Positions 18,610 through 29,542 are shown, counted from the first letter of the stretch. The stretch: 64,000 nt of DNA from an uncultured delta proteobacterium (GCA_963808625.1 CAWEHK010000022.1:38097-102096), one strand, 5' to 3'. Made by a program: numbers and translations. Notes: generated by a model not told the origin, from the letters alone.

Positions 18610-20854
18610 TTATGAGATTTTCCTGCCCAGCACTTCTCTTGGCTTAACACCATCGGAAGGGCCAACAACACCCTGGTGTTCCATCATTTCAATCATTCGG
18701 GCAGCGCGGTTATAGCCTACGCGAAGCCTTCTTTGCAGCATCGAGATGGAAGCCTGCCGCGTTTCCAGAACAAGCTCGATGGCTTCTTCATATTTTTCAT
18801 CCAATTCATCCTCGAAAATTTCATCGCCGGAATTCTGGTCATGGAAATTGACCCGCTCTCCCAGGGTATCCTCCACCAGTTTCTGGCTGCGCCAGAAATC
18901 GGTGATACGCTGGAGCTCAGGTTCGGAGATGAAGGCGCCGTGAATCCGCTGCACCTTCGCCGTGCCGGGTGGCAGGAAAAGCATGTCTCCCGAACCCAGG
19001 AGACTTTCAGCGCCGCTTGCATCCAGGATGGTGCGCGAGTCAATCCGTGAAGAAACCTGGAAGGAGAGCCTCGTGGGGATGTTGGCCTTGATGATGCCGG
19101 TCAGAACATCCACCGAGGGACGCTGGGTTGCCAGGATCAGGTGGATGCCGGCAGCTCGGGCCATTTGCGCCAAGCGGGTGATGGATTCTTCCACCTCGCG
19201 GGAGGCCACCATCATGAGGTCGGCCAATTCGTCAATGACGATGACCATGTACGGGAGATGATGATGCTTTATTCCCAGGTCATCGTTCGCCAGGTCGTCG
19301 GTGTTGTCGCTCCGCGGTTTTTCGCGGGCCAGGGCCCGATTATAGCTTTCAATATTTCTAACGCTCTTTTCTGCCAGCATGCGATAGCGGAGCTCCATTT
19401 CCTGGACCGCCCAGCGCAGGGAGCGCGTCGCCATCTTGGCGTCGGTAACCACGGGATGAATCAGGTGCGGAATGTCCTGGTAGCTCTTGAGCTCTATCCT
19501 TTTGGGGTCGATCAGGAGCAGTCGCATCTCCTGCGGGGTGTTTCGAAACAGCAGGCTGGTCAAAACCGTATTGAGGCAGACGCTCTTGCCGGTTCCCGTG
19601 GCGCCGGCGATGAGCAGATGAGGCATTCTGGCAAGATTCGCCACCACCGGCTGACCGGTGGTATCCTTTCCGAGAGCAATCGTCAGGGGCGCTGAGGACG
19701 AAGCAAAGGCCTCGGACTCCAGCACTGCCCGGATGGCAACCGGTTCGCGTCGCTGATTGGGCAGTTCGATGCCGATGGCGGCCTTCCCGGGGATCGGCGC
19801 CACGACGCGGATGCTGATGGCCTTGAGGGCCATGGACAAGTCATCCGTCAGACTCACAATGCGGCTGATCTTGATGCCCGGGGCCGGTGCATATTCGTAC
19901 ATGGTGATCACGGGGCCGGGAGAAATCGCCACGACTTTCCCCTGCACACCGAAATCAGCGAGCTTCTCTTCCAGAATCCGGGCGTTTTCCTCCAATTTCT
20001 TCCAGTCGGGCCGATGGGTGTCGAGCTCAAAATGATCGAGCATCTTGAAGGAGGGAAGGGCATAATGCTCGGCATGGTCAAAGAGGGCGTCGGATGCCGC
20101 CGCTTCCTTTCGCCCCTTTCGCTTGGGCTGCAAAGGCGGGGGAGGCAGCAGCAGTTTGACTGTCGGCATACGCACAGGCACAGGCGCATCTTCTCCGGGT
20201 GGAGGCGCCTGTGCCACAAGGTTGGGTCGTTCTCGCGCTGCTTTTTGTTCGGCAGGAGCTCTTCGCTTCTGGCGTGCGAGCAATTTTGCAATTGCTGAAA
20301 GAAGGCATTCGAGAACGGAAAAGGCATTCCGGCTCGTCTTTTGAAGAATAGCCTTGAGGGAGAAAGGAGTAGCGAGCAAAAACCCGATCAGAGAGCATCC
20401 CAAGGAGGATAATATAAGCTCCGGTTGCATAGAAGCGCTCGACCAGAAACTGGGAAAGCCAAACCCCGAAATCTCCGCCAAGGCCCGAGAGGCCTTCCTG
20501 GTTCAGCAGGGCGATGGGGGGCTGGTACATAGCGCCCAGAGCAATGGCACAGAGCAAAAACAGGGCGATTCCCAGCGGTTGTATCCGGCGGTAGGTAAAA
20601 GGGGCGCGGCCGCAAAAAAGACACCAGCTCACCCAGAATCCGACGAGGGGCAGGGCATGGGCGCCTACCCCCAGGCGCAACAGGAGGCAATAGGAAAGGT
20701 TCGCGCCCACTGCTCCTACCCAGTTCCGGGGACCGATTTTGGAAGCATTGAAAAGGGTTCGATCATCAGCATGAAAGGAGATGAGGCTGAACAAAATCAG
20801 CAAGGTGAGCATCAAGAGAAAAACGGCCCAGATTTCGTGCTTCTTTCGCTCCAC
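18610..20854 (-). CDS. ftsK: DNA translocase FtsK (apparent frameshift near 20400)
   Basis: N-terminal 4TM (NWVGAVGA), GPVITMYE, PHLLIAGATGTGKSV, IDPKRIE, IDELADLMM, ATQRPSVDV, gamma domain SISMLQRRLRVGYNRAAR. Confidence 0.95.
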
Positions 20855-20867
20855 AAAAACCCTTCTC

Positions 20868-21076
20868 AGTGGCTAGTGGCGAGTGACTAGTGGGTAGTAG
20901 CCACTCACCGCCAATAACCAGTTCTCATCCGGGGAAAGTGGTACCTTGCTCTGCGGGAGGGGCTTCCAGCCCCGATCGTGGCTGGAAGCCCCTCCTACAA
21001 AATGGGGTTTCCGGATCGACACTAGCTAATCACTAAGCACTAGCCACCAGCCATAACCACTAATCACTAGCCACTA
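20868..21076. repeat. Nested cassette: inverted heptamer arrays (AGTGGCT)n / (TAGCCAC)n around an insert
   Basis: agtggct agtggcg agtgact agtgggt on the left; taatcac taagcac tagccac cagcca taaccac taatcac tagccac on the right; inner atccggggaaa/tttccggat ends. Confidence 0.8.
20952..20999. repeat. GTAG-family REP doublet (REPIN-like hairpin)
   Basis: tgcgggaggggcttccagcc-ccgatcgt-ggctggaagcccctcctaca; minus strand begins TGTAGGAGGGGCTTCCAGCC. Confidence 0.8.
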
Positions 21077-22766
21077 GATTTCCGCAACGATCGGATAGAT
21101 CACCGGACGGCGGTCCAGCGTCTGGTTGAAGAAACGCTTCAGTTCACGTTTTATCTCACTTTGCAGTTCGGCACAGTCAATTTCAAAATCTTGTTCAAGC
21201 AGTCGGTCGAACACTTCAAAAACGAGGCCCTTCGCGGCATCAAGCACTTCCGCTTTACGCCGTTCGCGGATGAATCCTTTGCTGAGAACATCAGGCCCGC
21301 TCAAGATCTCTTTGGTCTCTCTGTTGATCACCAGGGAGACAATCACGAAACCGTCTTCCGAAAGGTGACGGCGGTCGCGCAGAACCAACCCACCCACATC
21401 ACCCACACCCTTTCCATCCACAAAGACCCGTCCCGTCTCCACATGTTCCTCAAGACGAACACTATTCGGGCGGAATGCGATGATCCTGCCATTCTCGGCC
21501 AAAAGGCAATGATCTGCGGGCATTCCCATGCTGATAGCAAGCTGCCGGTGTTTGGCCAGTTGGCGGAATTCGCCATGAATGGGAATAAAAAAGCGGGGCC
21601 GAACGATGTTGATCATCGACTTCAATTCTTCGGTATAGGCATGGCCCGAGACATGGATATCGCGAACCTGCTCATAGATGACTTCAGCACCCAGGCGATA
21701 AAGGTGGTTGATGATGTTTTGAATGGTCCGCTCGTTTCCGGGAATGAACTTGGAGGAAAGGATAATGGTGTCCCCCGGCTTGACCTTGAGTTTCTTGTGG
21801 TCGTCAAAGGCCATCCTGTTCAGGGCGCTCTGGGGTTCTCCCTGGCTCCCCGTGGTGAGCAGCAAAACCTGGGGGTCGGGATAGCGGGGAAGTTCGTGCA
21901 GGGTGATTTCTTCTTGCGGGCCGAAATCCAGATATCCAAGTTCTCGCGCAATGCGCACATTGGCGAGCATCGATCTGCCGTTGAGGAGGACCTTGCGGTT
22001 GAACTCCCGCGCCAGCTGGATAACCTGCTGGATGCGGTGCAAATGGCTGGCAAACACGGCCACAACGATCCGGCCGGTGCAGCCCTGAAAGATTTCTCTG
22101 AGGGTATTGCCGACATCCCTTTCGGAGAGGGTATAGCCTTGACGTTCGACGTTGGTGGAATCGGAAAAGAGGGCCAGCACCCCCTCTTCTCCATAGGCGC
22201 CGAAGCGCGCGAAATCGAAGCCTTTTCCATCGATGGGAGTGTGATCGATCTTAAAGTCGCCCGAATGGATCAAAATCCCCACCGGTGTGCGGATGGCAAG
22301 ACCAACTCCGTCCGGAATGCTGTGACAGACCTGGATGAATTCAACCTGGAAGGGGCCAATTGCAATGGTTTCACGGGCGGCAACCTGAATGAGCTCACAG
22401 CGTTCGAGGAGCGCATGTTCCTTCAGTTTCTCCCGGATAAGCGCCAGGGTCAGGGCCGTTCCGTAAAGCGGAATGGCAAACTCCCGCAGCAGAAAGGGGA
22501 TGGCGCCGATATGGTCCTCGTGACCATGAGTGACGATCAGCGCCTTGAGACGGTCTCGCCGTTCCTGCAAATAAGTGAGGTCGGGGATGACAATGTCGAT
22601 GCCCAGCATGTCGTCCTCTGGGGAACATGAGGCCGGCGTCGATAAGCACGGCCGTATCCTCGTATTCCAATACCATCATGTTCAGCCCGATTTCACCAAG
22701 GCCGCCCAGAGGGACCACTTTGAGAGCAGATGATTCAGGAGTTTCTAAATTCATGTGGGTATTCAT
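21074..22766 (-). CDS. rnj: Ribonuclease J (apparent frameshift near 22615)
   Basis: PLGGLGEIGLNM, IDAGLMFP, THGHEDHIGAIP, HSIPD, GDFKID, DSTN, TGSQGEP, HVSGHA, PIHGE. Confidence 0.95.
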
Positions 22767-22767
22767 A

Positions 22768-23540
22768 TCAGGTATCAAGAGGGGGGTTCTGTTGTTGCCG
22801 GTTCTCGTTCAGACACGGGCCACGTTCTTCGGGAGTGAGATGCTGGCGAATGCTTTCTCGAACGGTGTGCATGAGCATGTCATTATCCTTTACGGTAAGG
22901 CCAGCGGTAGAAATAGGCTTGCCAATGGTCAACGTCAATGATCCCCGGTTGGATCATCCAGTCTCCTTCTTTCTGAAGAACGCGATGGGAGCCGCTGATC
23001 GCGATAGGGACAATGGACTGCTGCGACTTGATCGCCAGGAGAAAGCCACCTTTCTTGAAGTCCCGTAACACCCCATCCGGGCTTCTCGTGCCTTCAGGGA
23101 AAATGACGATGGAAGTCCCGTTCTTGACTCTCGAGGCAGCTTCGTTCAAGCTTTCCACCGCTTTCTTGCGATCACCGCGATCAATGGGAAGATACCCGGC
23201 AGCCCGCATGGCCGGCCCCAAAATGAAGACCTTGAAAAGTTCCACCTTCGCCAGCCAGCGGAACTGGACGCGCAGTTTTCCAATGAGGGTGAAAATGTCG
23301 AACCAGCCCTGATGGTTTGACAGAAAAACGTAGGGATGGCGGGGATCGAGGTTCTCGAATCCCGTCACACGCACTCTTACCCCCGCTGCCCACAGGTTCA
23401 GGTTGCCCCAGAACCTTCCGAGCAAGGTGGGCCCAATTGCTGTTGCGGGTGACAAAGGTGGTAAGAATCGCTATTGCCCCGAGAACAATGGTCGAAATGA
23501 AGAACACCGGATAAAAGAATAATGAACGCACGATCTTCAC
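22768..23540 (-). CDS. plsC: 1-acyl-sn-glycerol-3-phosphate acyltransferase (two apparent indels)
   Basis: NHQGWFD (HxxxxD), AKVELF, IDR, FPEGTRS, FKKGGF. Confidence 0.9.
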
Positions 23541-23721
23541 AGCGTTTCCTCAGAAACCATGACGAGGCTCTGGCTTAGGCAAGAATGCCCGGATTCTGCT
23601 TCCTCCCGGACGGATTCTCAGATGATGATAAATAACAATATGTTACTTTACACATATCGGGGCCAAGTGTAAACTTTCTAAAACTGCGAGTCAACCGAGC
23701 AATTCTTCTTCCTGGTCCTCC

Positions 23722-23763
23722 CGCCACCCCTCACCCGTCACCCCCCACCCTTCACCCAGCACT
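23722..23763. repeat. Degenerate heptamer array (CnnCACC) x6
   Basis: cgccacc cctcacc cgtcacc ccccacc cttcacc cagcact in the plsC/ssb divergent spacer. Confidence 0.75.
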
Positions 23764-23868
23764 TCTTATAAACCTTGCTGCCTGTCCGTGAGTCATGGTA
23801 TAGAGAGCCAGGTCGACAAGGGGTCCTTGAATTCACACGTCCTTCATATAGCAAGAGAAAGGAACCTT

Positions 23869-24339
23869 ATGGCTGGAACAATCAATAAGGTCATTCTGAT
23901 TGGTCGCCTGGGGGCAGATCCGGATGTGCGCTACATGCCTGACGGAACACCAGTGGTAAATTTTAACATGGCAACCAATGAGCCGATTCGTTCGGCCGAG
24001 GGTACCTGGGAAGAACGACGCAGAATGGCATCGCATCGTTGCCTGCAAAAAGCTCGCAGAAACCATGGCAAATCTTCTTAAGCAAGGGCAGGTTGGTCTA
24101 TGTTGAAGGAAAACTGCAGACCCGGCAGTGGCAAGATTCACAGGGTGTGAAACGCTATACTACAGAAATCGTGGCTCGCGATATTCAGACTGATGGGCAG
24201 TGCCGGCACTAGACCCGGGCAATCCCCGACAGGTGAGAACTACATTAAAACCGGAGGGACGCTCCCCGCAGGCGGTCAGTCCAACATGGAGGAACTTCCC
24301 CCGCCGCCCGGTGGTCCGGAGGACGACATACCCTTCTAG
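23869..24339 (+). CDS. ssb: Single-stranded DNA-binding protein (apparent indels)
   Basis: [44 protein letters not shown]-terminal DDIPF. Confidence 0.93.
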
Positions 24340-24362
24340 GATGATGGCTCTGCGTAACGAAG

Positions 24363-24390
24363 AACCATCAACCATCAACCATCAACCAAT
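24363..24390. repeat. Heptamer array (AACCATC) x3-4
   Basis: aaccatc aaccatc aaccatc aaccaat between convergent ssb and tatA. Confidence 0.8.
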
Positions 24391-24421
24391 CCTGTCCGTC
24401 CCGAAGGGCGATAACGCATCG

Positions 24422-24616
24422 TTATTCGGGATTGGACTTCTTTTCTTCAAGCTTTTCCGTTTTTTCCAAATCTAAGGGATCGCTGGTAGCCTTTTTGAAG
24501 TTTTTGATACCTTTACCAAGTCCGGCCCCAATTTCCGGAAGCTTACCCGCTCCAAAGATAATAAGTATAATAACCAAGATAACCAACAGCTCCGGCATGC
24601 CAACTCCACCGATCAT
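24422..24616 (-). CDS. tatA: Twin-arginine translocase TatA/E
   Basis: [38 protein letters not shown]. Confidence 0.95.
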   Translation of the reverse strand: MIGGVGMPELLVILVIILIIFGAGKLPEIGAGLGKGIKNFKKATSDPLDLEKTEKLEEKKSNPE

Positions 24617-24644
24617 AAACGCTCCTTGCACAGTAATCTAAAGA

Positions 24645-25046
24645 CTATTTCTTGAATAAATCTTCCACTTCCTGAAGCAGTTGCAGGAACTCCTTGGATT
24701 GCCTGTACTGGTCCAACCACCTCTGATGTTCGAGCCAGCTTTCCCAGACTTTCATCCAGGTGTCGTTGTGCCAATAGTATTTGGCTTTGCCCGGGTCCTT
24801 TTGAATTCGCTCCCGGTACTCCTGGTACTCATCATAACAGTTCCTGCAAAAGGTGTAAGGCGTGGCGTATCGGGAGGACTCCTGCATTTCCGTCTCGAGT
24901 TGCGTCCCGCACTTGGCGCACTTCAGCATGCACCGCGTGCACTGGAAGATCTTCCTGAGGGCTTCAATCTTTCGCTGGCGAAGAACGGTATCCCGCGAAG
25001 ATTTCAGGTCCTGACATTTCTTGTCAAACTCGAGAATCTCTGCCAT
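24645..25046 (-). CDS. Hypothetical Cys-rich protein (three CxxC pairs)
   Basis: 133 aa ORF with AGAGG RBS; CTRC, CAKC, CRNC; helical flanks. Confidence 0.8.
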   Translation of the reverse strand: MAEILEFDKKCQDLKSSRDTVLRQRKIEALRKIFQCTRCMLKCAKCGTQLETEMQESSRYATPYTFCRNCYDEYQEYRERIQKDPGKAKYYWHNDTWMKVWESWLEHQRWLDQYRQSKEFLQLLQEVEDLFKK

Positions 25047-25128
25047 GCCTCTAAATCCAGGTTATTTGTTTATATTTTTCAATATCTTAGTTGACACTTG
25101 TAACATCTGCGGAGCGATCCGTCAAGAA

Positions 25129-26418
25129 TCATGAATCGATCTCGTTCCCATCCGAGAGATTGAAGAGCTGTTGGGTATAATCGACGAATGACTGCTTGCT
25201 GTCTCGATCCGCTTTCTTCTTCAAAAAGAGGATGGGATCATGGAGCAATTTCTTGACAATCGATCCGGTAAGCACTTCGATGGCCTGGCGTTCTTTATCC
25301 GATAGCCCGGGAAGCTGCGAAAATGTTCTTTGAAGTTCACTGAATCGAATATTTTCCGCTTTCTCCCGCAGGGCGATAATGGTTGGGACGACGTCCAGGG
25401 TGTTGAGCCAGTTCTGAAACTTACTGATTTCTTCGCTGATAATATACTCAGCTTTTTCCGCTTCCCGCTTTCGGTCCTCCCGGTTGAGTTCGATGATCCC
25501 CTGAAGATCGTCGATATCGTAAACATAAACATTGTCAATGTCATTGATCTTGGCTTCCACATCACGCGGCACCGCGATATCGATGAAAAAAAGCGGCCGG
25601 TTGCGCCGTTCGCGCATTCGGGATTTCACATCGTGGTAGCGCAAAATGGGCTCGAGTGAGCCGGTAGAAGTCAAAACGATATCCATCGTCTTGATGCCGT
25701 CGACGAGGTGCTCGAAGGGCATGGTATCGGCCCTGAAACGCCTGGCCAATTCAAACGCCCTTTCCGGAGTACGGTTGGCCACGGTCAATTGACGGACCCC
25801 TTGGGCGAGAAAATGCTCGGCTGCCAGCTCTGCCATCTCGCCGGCGCCGACGAGGAGCACCCGCTTGTCCTTGAGTTCCCCAAAAATCTTGCGCGCCAGT
25901 TCTACTGCGGCATAGCTGATGGAAACGGCATGCGATCCGATCATGGTTTCCGAGCGTACTCTTTTGGCCACCGAGAAGGTTTTGTGCAGGAGGCGATTGA
26001 GAATCACCCTGACGGTGTGGCATTCGGTAGCTTCGCGGTAGGCGGATTTGATTTGACCCAAAATTTGAGGTTCACCGACAACCATGGAATCCAGACTGGA
26101 AGAGACTCGGAACAGGTGCCTCACCGCATCCAGGTTTTCATAGTGATACAGGTGCAGATCGAGGAGATCTCCCGACAGGTTGCCGAGATAGGTCCGCAGC
26201 AGCGCCCTCACTTCCTGGATTGCGCTATCCCGATCCTGGCAGGTGAACAGGAATTCGACGCGATTGCAGGTCGAGAGGAAGAACATTTCATCGACATGAG
26301 GCAGATGCGGGAGCAAGTGGAGCGGACTGACGTGCTCCTGGCAGGACAGCGCGAGTTGTTCCCGGATCTCCACCGGTGCGGTCTTGTGGTTCATGCCTAG
26401 CAGGACAATGTGACACAT
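25129..26418 (-). CDS. hemA: Glutamyl-tRNA reductase
   Basis: GMNHKTAPVEIRE, LSTCNRVE, SSLDSMVVGEPQILGQ, VGAGEMAE, IDIAVPRDV. Confidence 0.97.
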   Translation of the reverse strand: MCHIVLLGMNHKTAPVEIREQLALSCQEHVSPLHLLPHLPHVDEMFFLSTCNRVEFLFTCQDRDSAIQEVRALLRTYLGNLSGDLLDLHLYHYENLDAVRHLFRVSSSLDSMVVGEPQILGQIKSAYREATECHTVRVILNRLLHKTFSVAKRVRSETMIGSHAVSISYAAVELARKIFGELKDKRVLLVGAGEMAELAAEHFLAQGVRQLTVANRTPERAFELARRFRADTMPFEHLVDGIKTMDIVLTSTGSLEPILRYHDVKSRMRERRNRPLFFIDIAVPRDVEAKINDIDNVYVYDIDDLQGIIELNREDRKREAEKAEYIISEEISKFQNWLNTLDVVPTIIALREKAENIRFSELQRTFSQLPGLSDKERQAIEVLTGSIVKKLLHDPILFLKKKADRDSKQSFVDYTQQLFNLSDGNEIDS

Positions 26419-26426
26419 AGCGAATC

Positions 26427-27249
26427 TTACCTGACAAAAACGGTATGGTGGCCTTTCAGGATCAGGTTGACACCGAGAAAGGTTGTGAGCACCGCAGAGA
26501 ACCCGAAAATGGCCAACCATGCTGCTCTGCGCCCGCGCCAACCGACTGCCAGACGTTCGTGAAGCAGGAAGGCGTAAATGAACCAGGTAATCAGAGCAAA
26601 AATCTCTTTGGGGTCCCAATTCCAGGGTGAGGGCCAGATGAAGCTGGCATAGGCAAACCCGGTGATGAGGCCGGTGGTCATGAGGGGAAACCCGATAATC
26701 AAACAGATGTAATTGATATGGTCCAGGCGCTCGAGGGAAGGCAGGCGGGAATAGAAGTAGCCGAAGTTCTTGTTTTTGATTTCCCGCTCCTGCAGGAGAT
26801 ACATGATCCCTACCCCGAAAGCCACGGCAAACAGAGCGTTAGCCAGGAACAGGGTGGTCACGTGGAGAACGACCCAGCCGCTTTGAAAAACACCGTTCTT
26901 GGGAATGATGGCGGTCGGGAGCAGGCGTGAAAGCAACATGAACACCACCGCCAATGGCGAGACGAACGAGCCCAGGATCCGAAGTTTCAGCCGCAATTGA
27001 AGGCAGCAGATAGGTAACCACGAAGATCCAGGCAAAGAAGGAAAGCGCCTCCTGGTTGGAGGTCACGGCCAGATACCCGACGCTGAGGGAGCGGAGCAGG
27101 ATAGCCTTGCCGTGAAAAAGTGCTCCCACCAAAAGGATGCCCCACGAGATCCGGTGGATCGTTTTATCATCGCGGAAGAGATAAACAAAATATCCGACGC
27201 TGCCGGCACAGTAACACAAAGTGGCAATTACCAGGAAGACTGATTCCAT
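26427..27249 (-). CDS. ccsA: Cytochrome c biogenesis CcsA/HemX-family membrane protein (one apparent indel)
   Basis: LPSLERLD, W.WDPKE (WWD-like), GWRGRRAAW, terminal GHH; between sirC and hemA. Confidence 0.85.
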
Positions 27250-27922
27250 GCTTCATTCCAGATTTGTTTGAGTTCCTTCAGACTGACCCAGGGGTGACAA
27301 GTGTCAGAGATGGCCTCGATGATTCGAGTCTCTTCTCCGTTCCGAAGCCACTCCGGCAGGGGAAGTTCGGCAATGCTGCGGTAAATTTGCTGGTTCTGAG
27401 CACTCTCCAGCCCTTTTGACTGGATGGTGGTTCGCAAGAGCGTCATAAAATTGAGCAGGATGATCCATTCGGTGCCAAATTCATGTTCCAGTTTCCGTTT
27501 TATGCGGACCGCCATCGCGGGACTGGCGCCGCCCGTGCTGACGGCGATGGTGAGCCGGCCCCGCTGCACCATGGAAGGCACGATGAAGGACCCCGCTTCG
27601 GGTTCCGTAGCCATGTTGCACCATAACCTGCGGCTTTCGGCATCCTCGGCGATAACGCGGTTCAAGGCGAAATCATTGGTGACCGCAAAAACCAGATCAA
27701 CGTCCTCCAGATAACCCTTCCGTAACGCTTTCCGACCAGCAGCACCGTTCCCTGGTCGCATTGAGCCTGCAGCCAGGGTGTAAGCTCTTCCGCAACGAGC
27801 CGAAGGGTTGCTCCATATGGGAGGAGGCCCCGGACCTTGCGCTCTCCTACCGCTCCACCCCCAACCACCAGGCACACTCTGTTCTTCAAGGAAACAAACA
27901 TGGGGTAATACTGAGCGTGCAT
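27228..27922 (-). CDS. Precorrin-2 dehydrogenase/sirohydrochlorin ferrochelatase (CysG N-terminal/SirC type; one apparent indel)
   Basis: YYPMFVSL, VVGGGAVGERK, FIVPS, IAVSTGGASPAMA. Confidence 0.9.
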
Positions 27923-28229
27923 GGTCGTTCCTGTCACTGTACACCGCTTCTACGAAACTATTGCCGGCACCAGAAAGGGGGCTCTCGGCACGGCACTCCA
28001 TCCGCCGCGATCACGCGGAAGTAAATCCCCGCCCACCAATACTCATGGTTTCAAAGCCCTTAATCTACCATGAACCGTGCGCCCAAACAAGAAGCGCCAA
28101 AATTTGACGACATCGGAAATGGCTGTCACGAAGGGCTTGGCTTCTTGACGGGAGAGTAATGGCTCGGGCGCCCGGCGACGCCGGAAAGGGACCCGTAAGA
28201 AAAACCAGAGCGTACGATTGCGGCTGTGC

Positions 28230-29273
28230 TTAAGTTCTTCGGCAAATCACGTAGTCGGCAAGATCGAAGAGAACTTCCCTGGTGGGATGAAGCGGGAAAA
28301 TCCGGATAGCCTCTTTGGCCCTGTCCACATATTCTGATGCCAGTTGCCGGGTATAGGCTATCCCGCCTGAACGGGTCACCCATTCTCTTATTTCGTGGAA
28401 ATGCTCGAGGGGAATCTGTTCGGCGCTGAAAAGCTCTCGTACCCTTTTCTTATCAGTCGAGCTGCCATTCCGGAGAGCATAAATCAGAGGTAAGGTCGCC
28501 TTTCCCTGCTGGATATCGTTGCCCACAGGCTTACCCAGTTCATTCTCGTCCCCGGTGTAATCCAGGGTGTCGTCAATGAGCTGGAAGGCGATGCCAAGGT
28601 TATGCCCATAGGTCCTCAGGGCTTTCTCCTGTTCCGCCTCGCCACCCCCAAAAATTGCCCCGATCTGGCATGCAGCGCTGATGAGCACCGCGGTCTTACG
28701 AGTGATGACCTCCAGGTATTCCGGTTCACTGAGTTCCAGGTTGTCGGCATGAACGAGCTGCAGCACTTCCCCTTCCGCCATCTTGGTGGTAGCTTCGGAA
28801 AGCGCCTCCAGGATGCGGATGTCATTGTAGCCAACCGTCATCAGGATCGACTTGGAGTAGAGAAAATCGCCGACCAACACCACCCCGGGATTGCCCCACA
28901 GCGTGTTTGCCGCCGGCTGATTGCGCCTGAATTCAGCATTATCAACAACATCGTCATGCAGGAGTGAAGAAGCGTGCAGGAATTCAAAAACTATTGCCAG
29001 CGCCGCATCGTGGTTGCCCTGGTAGCCGCACAGCCGTGCCGAGAGAATCATCAGCAGGGGCCGCAAACGCTTGCCCCCACTTCCCATGATATGGCGGCCA
29101 ACAGTGGAAATGAAAGGGACGCTGGAAGATAGATTGCGGTCTATTTCCGCTTCAATCCGTTCCAAATCCGGCCGGATTCGAGTATAAATTCGTCCTTTAA
29201 GGTCCTCGTGACGTTGCGCAAAGAACCCGGTGGGAAGTGATGAATTCACCGCTGCCGTGCCTGTTTGATTCAT
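28230..29273 (-). CDS. ispB: Polyprenyl (octaprenyl-type) diphosphate synthase
   Basis: GGKRLRP, LLHDDVVD (FARM), KTA, AFQLIDDTLD (SARM), GKPVGND; start uncertain. Confidence 0.88.
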   Translation of the reverse strand: MNQTGTAAVNSSLPTGFFAQRHEDLKGRIYTRIRPDLERIEAEIDRNLSSSVPFISTVGRHIMGSGGKRLRPLLMILSARLCGYQGNHDAALAIVFEFLHASSLLHDDVVDNAEFRRNQPAANTLWGNPGVVLVGDFLYSKSILMTVGYNDIRILEALSEATTKMAEGEVLQLVHADNLELSEPEYLEVITRKTAVLISAACQIGAIFGGGEAEQEKALRTYGHNLGIAFQLIDDTLDYTGDENELGKPVGNDIQQGKATLPLIYALRNGSSTDKKRVRELFSAEQIPLEHFHEIREWVTRSGGIAYTRQLASEYVDRAKEAIRIFPLHPTREVLFDLADYVICRRT

Positions 29274-29462
29274 GACCCTCAAGAATTTCAAAAAAATAGA
29301 CCCGCTTGTTTCTCTGCTGACGGTTTCCGCAGCCGAAACAGTCGATTCATAACGAAATTATTCCGGCATGTCAAAGTGTTTTGGCTCAGCCCACGCATTT
29401 CCCGCGTCCTCCGGTCATGTGCTTACTGCACGTCCACACCATGAAGTGGCCGATGACCTTGT

Positions 29463-29525
29463 CGTCATTCCGACGGAAGCCGGAATCCGGAAAGATACTG
29501 GATGCCGGTTTTCGCCGGTATGACG
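29463..29525. repeat. CGTC-family REP doublet
   Basis: cgtcattccgacggaagccggaatcc ... ggatgccggttttcgccggtatgacg. Confidence 0.78.
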
Positions 29526-29542
29526 GGGTGGATGATGGATAC

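Noticed and set aside
22740..22900. PlsC-RNase J fusion
   Set aside because: Counting the G6 run gives a TGA at 22768-22770 just before the rnj ATG, so these are two coupled genes
11559..24390. Repeat arrays as CRISPR
   Set aside because: Units are 7-9 bp tandem repeats without unique spacers; no cas genes
27940..28229. Possible ncRNA in the ispB-sirC spacer
   Set aside because: Only short GC stems; no recognisable tRNA, SRP, 6S, tmRNA or riboswitch signature
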